Shown: positions 17,404 to 25,162 of the stretch, piece after piece
Numbering within the stretch: the stretch's first letter is position 1
Layout: every line of letters starts with the position of its first letter
Assembly: GCA_964590575.1 (NCBI GenBank)
Contig: CAZPWM010000036.1
Coordinates: 1 to 27,730 of the forward strand
Origin: an uncultured archaeon
Lineage (GTDB): Archaea; Asgardarchaeota; Thorarchaeia; Thorarchaeales; Thorarchaeaceae
Direction: 5' to 3'
DNA length: 27,730 bases
Program-made: the position numbers and the translations under genes
The notes under the pieces: generated by a model
What the model saw: only the letters and a program-made list of their open reading frames with translations
Database searches by the model: none
Told to the model about the DNA's origin: nothing

Positions 17404-17514
17404 TTCATTTCCTCCATGGAGAGAGCCAGTCCTGTGGGTCCAGCAATTGGCTCATATCATTTACAGTATGAAACTTCTCCTATAACACCTAGTCTTAAGG
17501 TTGACGATTAACCA

Positions 17515-17552
17515 TAAAAAGAGAAGAAAGACCCCGCAGAGTCCGGGGTCTT
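17515..17552 (-). terminator. Hairpin plus U-rich tract after crotonase paralogue 3
   Basis: AAGACCCCG-N7-CGGGGTCTT (17528-17552), followed on the minus strand by TTCTTCTCTTTTT. Confidence 0.65.
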
Positions 17553-17563
17553 GAAAAAATCAA

Positions 17564-18376
17564 CTATTCTCCAGTAAACTTACCACGTCGCTTCTCAAAG
17601 ACTGAAGAGATTCCCTCACCGAGATCCTTAGTGTTGAAACACTCCATTCCAGCCTCAGTTTGAAATGCAAAGTTACCCTTGTAGTCTTGTTCAAAAGCCA
17701 TGTGTGTTGCTTGTTTGGCTAGTTTCAGAGCAACTGGTGCATTGCCGCCCAATTTTGCTCCATACCACATTGCCTGACTCAGCAACTCGTCCTTGCTGAC
17801 AACCTTACTTACAAGGCCCATATCAAGAGCCTCTTGAGCTGTGACCTGACCACCAGTTAGAATTATTTCCATTGCTTTCCCAAGCCCAACAATTCTTGGA
17901 AGTCTTACACATCCACCCCAAGCAGGAATAAGACCCAAACTGACTTCAGGTGTTCCGATTTTTGCTTCAGTTTCGCAAATTCGGATGTCACACGCGAGAG
18001 CAATTTCAGTTCCACCTCCAAGACAGAGGCCATTGATAGCAGCTATCACAGGTTTTGTCGATTTTGCAATGGCATCCACTGCCTGCTGACCATCCTCTAG
18101 GAGAGGTTTGACTTCAGCGGGTTTGCCGAGGAACCCTTGTGCTGTCTTAAGGTCTGCACCAGTACAGTAGACTTTTTCATGTGCAGAAGCAATAACAATT
18201 GACCTGATCTCAGGGTCATTTTCAGCCTCTTGTAGAGCAGCAGTGAGGTCATTTAGAAATTGATCGTTAATACTGTTCAAAGAATCAAGGCGATTCATCT
18301 TGATAACGGCTACATTCTTTGCAGGCGAAAGGAAAGAGCCCTCTTTTGAGTATAGCATTGTTTCGTATTCTGGCAT
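17564..18376 (-). CDS. Enoyl-CoA hydratase (crotonase family), paralogue 3
   Basis: 'YCTGADL', 'GGGTEIALACD', 'IGTPEVSLGLIPAWGG'. AGGTGG SD favours ATG 18376 (ORF track GTG 18385). Confidence 0.9.
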   Translation of the reverse strand: MPEYETMLYSKEGSFLSPAKNVAVIKMNRLDSLNSINDQFLNDLTAALQEAENDPEIRSIVIASAHEKVYCTGADLKTAQGFLGKPAEVKPLLEDGQQAVDAIAKSTKPVIAAINGLCLGGGTEIALACDIRICETEAKIGTPEVSLGLIPAWGGCVRLPRIVGLGKAMEIILTGGQVTAQEALDMGLVSKVVSKDELLSQAMWYGAKLGGNAPVALKLAKQATHMAFEQDYKGNFAFQTEAGMECFNTKDLGEGISSVFEKRRGKFTGE

Positions 18377-18423
18377 TTTTTCCACCTTTTCGGAAACTTT
18401 ACTATTTCGGAGGTAGTGACCGA

Positions 18424-18437
18424 CTTATAAACCCCAT
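18424..18437 (-). promoter_or_regulatory. Putative TATA box for crotonase paralogue 3
   Basis: Minus strand ATGGGGTTTATAAG about 50 nt upstream of the start, just after the upstream terminator hairpin. Confidence 0.45.
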
Positions 18438-18477
18438 TTATCCTGTCTAGAGAATGACCAACCTTCGATAACAATTC

Positions 18478-18513
18478 ATAAAATAAGAAATAGGCAGGGA
18501 TTACTACCCTGCC
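18478..18513 (-). terminator. Hairpin plus U-rich tract after HAD paralogue 2
   Basis: GGCAGGG-N7-CCCTGCC (18493-18513), followed on the minus strand by TATTTCTTATTTT. Confidence 0.6.
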
Positions 18514-18521
18514 AGTGTACT

Positions 18522-19649
18522 CTAATCTAGATACTTTGGTACGGAGTAACAGTCCCCTAATTCTTCATGCAGTTTCTTGATGAAATCACGAACTTTTTCA
18601 ACACCAAATTGGTCGAGCATTTCGAATGGACCCATTGGCCAGCTTGCACCGAGCTTCATAGCCATGTTGATGTCTTCTACAGACGCAATACCGTCATCCA
18701 CAAGAAGCATTGCCTCTCGTATAGCGGGAATGTTGATACGCTCTACAATCCAATTCGCATCTGCACCTTTTGGAGCTTCGGGCTCGACTTCCTCAGCGCC
18801 ATAGGAGTAAAAGCCCTTCTTGGACTTCATGCCTATATCACCAGCATCCACGAGGTTCTTGAGGGTTTCAGGAGGTTTGAAGCAATCTCCAATTTCCCTA
18901 TAGAGCGTTGACATAGCATTGAATGTAATATCCAAACCAACAAAGTCACCCAGTGTGAAGGGTCCTGCGGGAGCCTTGCCAACACTGGTCATTGCTAAGT
19001 CAATCTCTTCCTTTGTCGCTTCACCACGCTCCAGCATTAGAAGTGCTTCGCGCATTGCAGGCATAAGAAGACGATTGACAATGAAACCAGGACTGTTCTT
19101 GGCAATCACTGTTTTCTTGTTTTGAGTCTTACCAACAGATTCAGCTGCTGTAATGGTTTCATCACTTGTCTTAACTCCAATGACAAGCTCTAAGAGCTTC
19201 ATTGCCGGGACTGGTGAGAAATAGTGCATCCCGATGAATTTGTCGGGTCTCTTTGTAGAATCTGCTAATTCATCAATGCTTAAAGATGAGGTGTTTGTTG
19301 CCAGGATACAATGAGCTGGTGCGGCAGCATCTAGCTTGGCAAAGACTTCCTTCTTGATATCCATATTCTCAAAGATAGCCTCAATGACTAAGTCAGCGTC
19401 TTTGACAGCCTCTTCAAGATTAACTGTAGCTTTTAGTCTACTCATCAGACCTTCAGCATCATTCATGGAGATTTTTCCTTTGTCTATGCCAGTCATAACA
19501 TCAGTACGAATACGCTCCATACCTGCGTCAACGAACTCCTGCTTAGTGTCAACAACGGTCACGTTGAACCCATTCCATGCTGAAACATAGGCAATACCCG
19601 CGCCCATTAATCCAGCGCCGATAACTGCAATCTTATTGACCACATTCAT
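18522..19649 (-). CDS. 3-hydroxyacyl-CoA dehydrogenase with duplicated C-terminal domain, paralogue 2
   Basis: 'GAGLMGAGIA', 'ATNTSSL', 'GMHYFSPVPAMKLLE', 'PGFIVNRLL', 'GMKSKKGFY', second HAD_C repeat '...AMKLGASWPMGPFE'. Confidence 0.93.
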   Translation of the reverse strand: MNVVNKIAVIGAGLMGAGIAYVSAWNGFNVTVVDTKQEFVDAGMERIRTDVMTGIDKGKISMNDAEGLMSRLKATVNLEEAVKDADLVIEAIFENMDIKKEVFAKLDAAAPAHCILATNTSSLSIDELADSTKRPDKFIGMHYFSPVPAMKLLELVIGVKTSDETITAAESVGKTQNKKTVIAKNSPGFIVNRLLMPAMREALLMLERGEATKEEIDLAMTSVGKAPAGPFTLGDFVGLDITFNAMSTLYREIGDCFKPPETLKNLVDAGDIGMKSKKGFYSYGAEEVEPEAPKGADANWIVERINIPAIREAMLLVDDGIASVEDINMAMKLGASWPMGPFEMLDQFGVEKVRDFIKKLHEELGDCYSVPKYLD

Positions 19650-19655
19650 GACCTC

Positions 19656-20015
19656 CTACATTGCGCCCATCATTACTTGGAGAATTAGATTTGCTAGGGG
19701 ATCACTTTCATTAGCGTTCCCAATTACAACAAGATCTCCTTTCTTCATAGTGTCCTTGAATGGAACTTCACCAGTGAAGATTCCAAGTAACGTTTTAGCA
19801 TTTGATTTGTAGATGACATCAGGACTGGGATAGATTCCATCGAATAGCTCAATCTTGTCCTTTGTCACCACCATGTAACTGTCACCTTCCTCGGTGTGAA
19901 CCTGAAGGATTTTACCATGGTATGGACCAACCCAAGCCGCGAGCTGTTGTTTGAGGTCATCCTTGCTGTTGCATTGTGTCATAAGGAATTTGAAAAATTC
20001 TTGTAGTTGTGACAT
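19656..20015 (-). CDS. SCP2 sterol/lipid-binding domain protein
   Basis: SCP2-like C-terminal pattern 'G.YPSPDVIYKSNAKTLLGIFTGEV...TMKKGDLVVIGN'; size 119 aa; lipid-metabolism context. Confidence 0.75.
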   Translation of the reverse strand: MSQLQEFFKFLMTQCNSKDDLKQQLAAWVGPYHGKILQVHTEEGDSYMVVTKDKIELFDGIYPSPDVIYKSNAKTLLGIFTGEVPFKDTMKKGDLVVIGNANESDPLANLILQVMMGAM

Positions 20016-20019
20016 TGTT

Positions 20020-20547
20020 TCAGTCCTCCTTAATTATCCAGTCGTCCACAGCCTCTTGCATGGCAGCGTCAACAGAACTAGCCCAGAAATTACCTTTTTT
20101 CGATTTCACTTTATCGAGAAAGTTATCATATTTGTCCCCATCCATGAGCACTACAATGCGCCCCTTTCGGTCGTTGATGAAGGATTGATGAATCATCTTC
20201 TTAGAGGTCCAATATTCAGCCTCGATATCACCAACTTTCAGTCGCGGGTAAAAAGGCCATGATCCACTTGGATGAGGTCTGAAAGATTTGCCTCCAGACT
20301 TCCACTTCTTCACTTTATCGCCCTCGGCTTCCTTAAATCCGGGTCGGAAAGGCCATTGTGGTACATAACGAAAGCCCTTTTCGCCATCAACTACACCGCC
20401 TGACCAACGACCAGTATACACACGTCCACCCGTGTTGTCACAGAACTGCTCCATAACAACTTCGATGAAGCCTTCAGGAGTAAGACCAGCTTCTTCGGCC
20501 ATCTTCTTCATGTTCTCAAAAGTTTCGCCTTCAAAATTGACGTCCAT
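20020..20547 (-). CDS. Hypothetical protein (175 aa) with possible RHH-like segments at both termini
   Basis: Tightly coupled in the operon (1 nt from upstream stop, GGAGG SD); RHH-like beta-helix-helix patterns judged by eye only. Confidence 0.75.
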   Translation of the reverse strand: MDVNFEGETFENMKKMAEEAGLTPEGFIEVVMEQFCDNTGGRVYTGRWSGGVVDGEKGFRYVPQWPFRPGFKEAEGDKVKKWKSGGKSFRPHPSGSWPFYPRLKVGDIEAEYWTSKKMIHQSFINDRKGRIVVLMDGDKYDNFLDKVKSKKGNFWASSVDAAMQEAVDDWIIKED

Positions 20548-20548
20548 A

Positions 20549-21310
20549 TCACTTACCCTCCTTCCTGAATGCTAGCCTTGTGTATGGCTTGCCCCAACGT
20601 TCCTCATACATGAGCCCTTCGAGAGGGGCTCTGCTGGGACCTAACGCTCTTGGGGATACACGTTTGCCAATACAAAACGCTGTCAGCGGTTCCCAGATTG
20701 GTGGAATTCCAAATCGGTCTCTGATGAGTTGAGCATGTCGAGGATCTGAAGCGACAAGAGCTTCATATCCGCAACCATATCCAAGTTCAGTGGCTACCAG
20801 CCACATATTCATTATTGCCATTCCACAAACTACAGATCCGAATAGTGAATTGGGGTAAAGATATCCAGCATCATGCCAAGCTTCACTTGCACAAACAATA
20901 ATCGCAGTGTCACTTTTCTCAGGATATCTGAATAGCTCTCCATCCCTCAGTCGGGCATAAACTGCCGCTCTGTAAGGATCAGTGATAAACCAGTTTCTTC
21001 CACTTGTAAGTTCAAATGGAGCTCCTCCAAAAGCCGTCTGAGCCATTTCCTGAGCTATATCCGCCAGGAATTCCTTACTCTCTTGATCATCGCGTATGAC
21101 AACAAAACGCATCATTAACATATTCTCAGGACTCGGCGCATGTCGTGCCGATTCCAATATCAACTCGATGTGTTCATCGGGTATTTTTTCGCCAGTGAAT
21201 TCTCTGATAGAGCGTCTTTCTCGAATCCATTTCAGGGATTCAAGCTCTTGTGTTGTTTTCACTCCATCTTCAGATTCACCAGCAGCTTTACTCTCTGCAT
21301 CTGAAGCCAT
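20549..21310 (-). CDS. Nitroreductase-family flavoprotein, paralogue 2
   Basis: 'IRERRSIREF', 'LESARHAPSPEN', 'MAIMNMWLVATELGYG'; colinear with and highly similar to 13376-14152. Confidence 0.88.
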   Translation of the reverse strand: MASDAESKAAGESEDGVKTTQELESLKWIRERRSIREFTGEKIPDEHIELILESARHAPSPENMLMMRFVVIRDDQESKEFLADIAQEMAQTAFGGAPFELTSGRNWFITDPYRAAVYARLRDGELFRYPEKSDTAIIVCASEAWHDAGYLYPNSLFGSVVCGMAIMNMWLVATELGYGCGYEALVASDPRHAQLIRDRFGIPPIWEPLTAFCIGKRVSPRALGPSRAPLEGLMYEERWGKPYTRLAFRKEGK

Positions 21311-21613
21311 TTATATACCTCAACTTATTGTTGAACGACCTTCGTAGTTATCAGCCTGCATAAATGTATTCCGAGAGGCTGAAATAGAACAAAAATGAAG
21401 CTCTAGAAGCTATATTCTGTAATATCGTATCAATACCATAACAAACGATACCCTGAGCAGTTCTCCATCATACTCTGATTAATGACCCAGTATTGGCAGC
21501 ACTATACAAGCTGACTTATGATTCATCCTCAATTCAGTCTCTGAGCGCATATTGCTCCTCCCGGCGTATATGCGTTCCTTTCTTTTATGAATCGGGAGCT
21601 GGCATGCTCCCTC

Positions 21614-22693
21614 CTAATGCTTCTTAGTCTGCTTTAGGATTGCATCCAAATCAAGAACTTCGCTCACAATATTCTCTACAATTGCTAGCTTTTCTTTGTT
21701 ATCTACAGTGACTGTCCCAATCAATCCATCCACAATATGGCCGGTCCCATATGTGTCATGTGCTGTAACCATAATTGGAACACCTCGTTCACGGGCACGA
21801 GCGACAGTACCAACATCAGGACCCAGTCCACCTGTAAGAATAAGCAAGTTGGTGTCTGTTTCTAGAGCTGTGAGACAAATATCAGTTCTATCCCCGCTAG
21901 TAATGACAGCTTTATCACGTACGCGTCGAAACCACCTGAGTGCATTTTCTGGAGCCATGCTTCCAACCATGAATTGATCTATGAGTAGATCCATCTTGTC
22001 AGTGTCACCAATAATCTCACCATCAAGAGCTCTTTGAATTTCTCGGACTGTAGGACTGAATAACTCGCTATTTAGATAAATAACGCCAACTAAACCTATA
22101 GACCGCCCTTCTAGAAACGGACCTATTTGTTCTATGACAGTTTTCTTGAGCATTGGTGGAACCATATTAAGAACAATCTTTACATTTTCGATTCCCTGTG
22201 TTCTGAAGAGCTCAATCTGGAGAAGGATATCATCAATCGCAGTGATATCGGGAAAGTTGACCAGACATATCACTGTTGCATTGAGTTCCTTGGCTATCTG
22301 TGGTGTTGAGAGGTCCACGTGCATAAGATGCCAGGATGCCTTTGTTCCTTCAACAATCATGTAGTCTAATCCTTCTGAGACCTTTGAGTAGCTTTCTTTA
22401 ATCAGTTTCAACAGTTCATCATGACCAATGAGAATCAGTTCATCATAGCTTGAGTTTGTTCGAACAATAGGACAGAGACATGAAAGAGGGTGGTCCAGTC
22501 CGAGAAGCTCTTTCATAATAGCTGCATCTTCATCGATGTCCTCTGAATTTGTACTATAATCATAACTCTTGGATCCTACAGGTTTGAAGTACCCGACAGA
22601 TTTGCCCTTCTCCTTAAGCTTGGCTGCAAGACCGATAGCAACCATAGTCTTTCCAGTAAGTGTGTCTCCACTTATTACAATATTTTCTACCAT
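21614..22693 (-). CDS. Phosphotransacetylase N-terminal-like protein (BioD-like P-loop + DRTGG domain), no Pta catalytic domain
   Basis: Walker A-like 'GDTLTGKT', 'VGYFKPVG', 'IVEGT', DRTGG signature 'VGSM...ITSGDRTDI...LILTGG'. SD GGAGGGTGA before ATG 22693. Confidence 0.85.
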   Translation of the reverse strand: MVENIVISGDTLTGKTMVAIGLAAKLKEKGKSVGYFKPVGSKSYDYSTNSEDIDEDAAIMKELLGLDHPLSCLCPIVRTNSSYDELILIGHDELLKLIKESYSKVSEGLDYMIVEGTKASWHLMHVDLSTPQIAKELNATVICLVNFPDITAIDDILLQIELFRTQGIENVKIVLNMVPPMLKKTVIEQIGPFLEGRSIGLVGVIYLNSELFSPTVREIQRALDGEIIGDTDKMDLLIDQFMVGSMAPENALRWFRRVRDKAVITSGDRTDICLTALETDTNLLILTGGLGPDVGTVARARERGVPIMVTAHDTYGTGHIVDGLIGTVTVDNKEKLAIVENIVSEVLDLDAILKQTKKH

Positions 22694-22697
22694 TTTA

Positions 22698-24851
22698 TCA
22701 CCCTCCAATAGTTATCTTAACATCAACTGCTGATACGCCTTTTCCTTTTTCATAAGCAAAAGCAGGATTGATATCAAGTTCAACTATATCCTCAAAATCA
22801 GTGACTAGTTGACCTATTCTAAGAATTGTATCTTCAATAGCAACAATATCGCTAGGAGCCTCGCCTCGTACGCCTTTCAAAAGAGCGCCCATTTTTGTTT
22901 CCATGACTAACTCAGTAGCGTCACTACGGCTCATGGGGGCAAGTCTAAATGATATGTCTTTGAGATAATTAACAAATATCCCGCCAGCTCCGAACATCAC
23001 GAGTGGACCAAACTGCACATCTCTAGAACAACCAATGATCAGTTCTTTCCCCTTCTCAGCCATCTCTTGTACATCAACCCCGTAGATAATTGCTCTCGGC
23101 ATGTGAGTTTTCGCATTCTCCAAAATCTGAAGGAATGCCGCTTCAACTTGCTCAGGTGTTTCCAGTCCGACACGAATTCCCCCAATGTCACTTTTATGAA
23201 TGATGTCAGGGCTGGCTATCTTTAGAACAACGGGATATCCAAGCTCTTCCGCAAGAATCTTAGCTTCCTCAGAACTGGTAGCTAATCTAATCCTTGCAAC
23301 AGGAATACCATAAGCCTCAGCGATCGCGTGAGCCTCGCTTCCAAGTAAGACACTCCGGTTATCTTTTCGAACGCTTTCGAAAATTTCCGCAACCCTCTTT
23401 TTGTCTACTTTAAAGATAGGTATAGATCTATCCTTCAAGCTGTCTCGGTTTACCGTGTAATGATAAAGCTCTGCAATTGCATGAACCGCACGCTCTGGAA
23501 AATCAAAGACAGGAATTCGGCCCTCCGTTAACACAATTCGGGGGTATACCATTGAGTTGCCACCCATGAAAACTGCAATCAATGGTTTATCGGGGTACTT
23601 TTTATGGGATTCAACTAAAATCTGTGCCGTTTCTGTTTCCTGAGTCATTGCCTGCGGAGTAAGAAGTACAAGAACTGAGTCTACGTTCTCATCGCGCAGC
23701 GAAGCCTCGACGCATAATGCGTAATCTTCAGGTTGTGCGGTTCCAAGAGCGTCAATGGGATTGTAAACAGAAGCAGCTGGAGGCAGATTCTCTTTCAGAT
23801 ATGCTATAGTTTCTGAGGTCAATTGGGCAATCTGTAGCCCGCTAGCTTCACAAGCATCAGTCGTAAGAATTCCTGGGCCTCCGGCATTTGTTACTATCGC
23901 TACTCGGTTTCCAGAGGGGAGATACATATCATCAAAGACTGCGGCAATATCGAAGAGAGAAGCCATGTTGTTGGCACGCCTTACTCCACATTGCTTGAAT
24001 GCAACATCATAAGCTGTATCGCTTCCTGCTAAAGATCCTGTATGAGAAGATGCAGCCCGCGCTCCAGCTGCACTTACTCCAGACTTCACAACAAAGATTG
24101 GCTTGGTTGGAACAACTTTGCGACAGGCCTCCATGAATTTACGACCATCAACAACAGATTCGATATAGAGCAGGATAAATGTAGAATCGGGGTCTCTGCC
24201 AAAAGCCTCAATAAAATCAGCCTCGTCCAAATGTGCCTTATTGCCCAAACTAACGAATTTCGAGAATCCAATCTTTTCCATTAAACTCCAGTCGAGAATT
24301 CCAGTCATCAGGGCACCAGACTGAGACGCGAATGCAATCTTACCCTTTCCAGGAGTCCCTGCAGAAAACGATGCATTGTATGGAGCACTTGTGTTAATTA
24401 TACCTAGACAGTTTGGGCCTTGTACAACCATTTCATATTTTTCCGCAAGCTCAACGAGCTTCTTCTCGGCTTCTTGGCCTTCGTGTCCTATTTCTTTGAA
24501 ACCAGCAGTTATGATGACAAGTGCCTTTACGCCTTTTTTGCCACATTCTTCAACAGTAAGTAATACGTATTTTGCTGGAATAACGATGATTGCAACATCC
24601 ACTTCATTTGGGATATCAGAAACAGAGCGATGTGTTTTCAAACCAAGTATTTTGCCACCACGTGGATTCACTGGATAGATTCTGCCTTCAAAACCGCTTT
24701 CAATCAGATTCCGAAGAACATCGTTACCCAGTTTACCCTTTGTTTCGGAGGCGCCAATCACTGCAATTGAACGCGGATTGAATAGTTCATCAATACCTTT
24801 CTGACGATCCACTTTGTACACGACCCAAGATTGGTCTGAGTCGGTCGTCAA
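22698..24851 (-). CDS. acd: ADP-forming acetate/acyl-CoA ligase (ACD), fused alpha-beta
   Basis: CoA-binding 'PRSIAVIGAS', 'YPVNP', 'GPNCLG', 'SQSGA', phospho-His 'ASSHTGSLAG', 'TNAGG', 'NPID'; ATP-grasp beta domain 'GYPVVLKIASPDIIHKSDIGG', 'ELDINP'. True start may be GTG 24821 or 24812 because a TATA-like CTTATAA lies just upstream of 24851. Confidence 0.93.
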   Translation of the reverse strand: MTTDSDQSWVVYKVDRQKGIDELFNPRSIAVIGASETKGKLGNDVLRNLIESGFEGRIYPVNPRGGKILGLKTHRSVSDIPNEVDVAIIVIPAKYVLLTVEECGKKGVKALVIITAGFKEIGHEGQEAEKKLVELAEKYEMVVQGPNCLGIINTSAPYNASFSAGTPGKGKIAFASQSGALMTGILDWSLMEKIGFSKFVSLGNKAHLDEADFIEAFGRDPDSTFILLYIESVVDGRKFMEACRKVVPTKPIFVVKSGVSAAGARAASSHTGSLAGSDTAYDVAFKQCGVRRANNMASLFDIAAVFDDMYLPSGNRVAIVTNAGGPGILTTDACEASGLQIAQLTSETIAYLKENLPPAASVYNPIDALGTAQPEDYALCVEASLRDENVDSVLVLLTPQAMTQETETAQILVESHKKYPDKPLIAVFMGGNSMVYPRIVLTEGRIPVFDFPERAVHAIAELYHYTVNRDSLKDRSIPIFKVDKKRVAEIFESVRKDNRSVLLGSEAHAIAEAYGIPVARIRLATSSEEAKILAEELGYPVVLKIASPDIIHKSDIGGIRVGLETPEQVEAAFLQILENAKTHMPRAIIYGVDVQEMAEKGKELIIGCSRDVQFGPLVMFGAGGIFVNYLKDISFRLAPMSRSDATELVMETKMGALLKGVRGEAPSDIVAIEDTILRIGQLVTDFEDIVELDINPAFAYEKGKGVSAVDVKITIGG

Positions 24852-25015
24852 CGACAGCTAGTTATAAGATATCGCTTGCAGGATAACGTTCATTGGCAAT
24901 TAGTTTTCGCTGATCGTCGAATATCGTTACGAGTCTACAAGATTTGAATACCGACCTAGTATTACTTACAATCATATTCAGGTATGACACAGAACATACT
25001 CAGGTGATTATCGAG

Positions 25016-25156
25016 ATGAAGCTCGTTACATTACACATTCCGGAAACATATGTCGATGGACTCGAGAAGCTTGTAGAAAGTAATCTCTATCCAAATAGAT
25101 CCGAAGCTATCCGAATTGCCATTCGCGACTTGCTTAAAAGAGAGTTGTGGGGTTGA
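25016..25156 (+). CDS. Ribbon-helix-helix (CopG/Arc-MetJ) regulator, CdrS-like, 46 aa
   Basis: MKLVTLHIPETYVDGLEKLVESNLYPNRSEAIRIAIRDLLKRELWG; SD AGGTGA at 25002-25007 supports ATG 25016 over the ORF-track start 24944. Confidence 0.9.
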   Translation: MKLVTLHIPETYVDGLEKLVESNLYPNRSEAIRIAIRDLLKRELWG

Positions 25157-25162
25157 TTCTAT

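Noticed and set aside
21614-22693. Calling this gene pta or bioD
   Set aside because: No Pta catalytic domain is present, and the DRTGG fusion and ACD context argue against dethiobiotin synthase.
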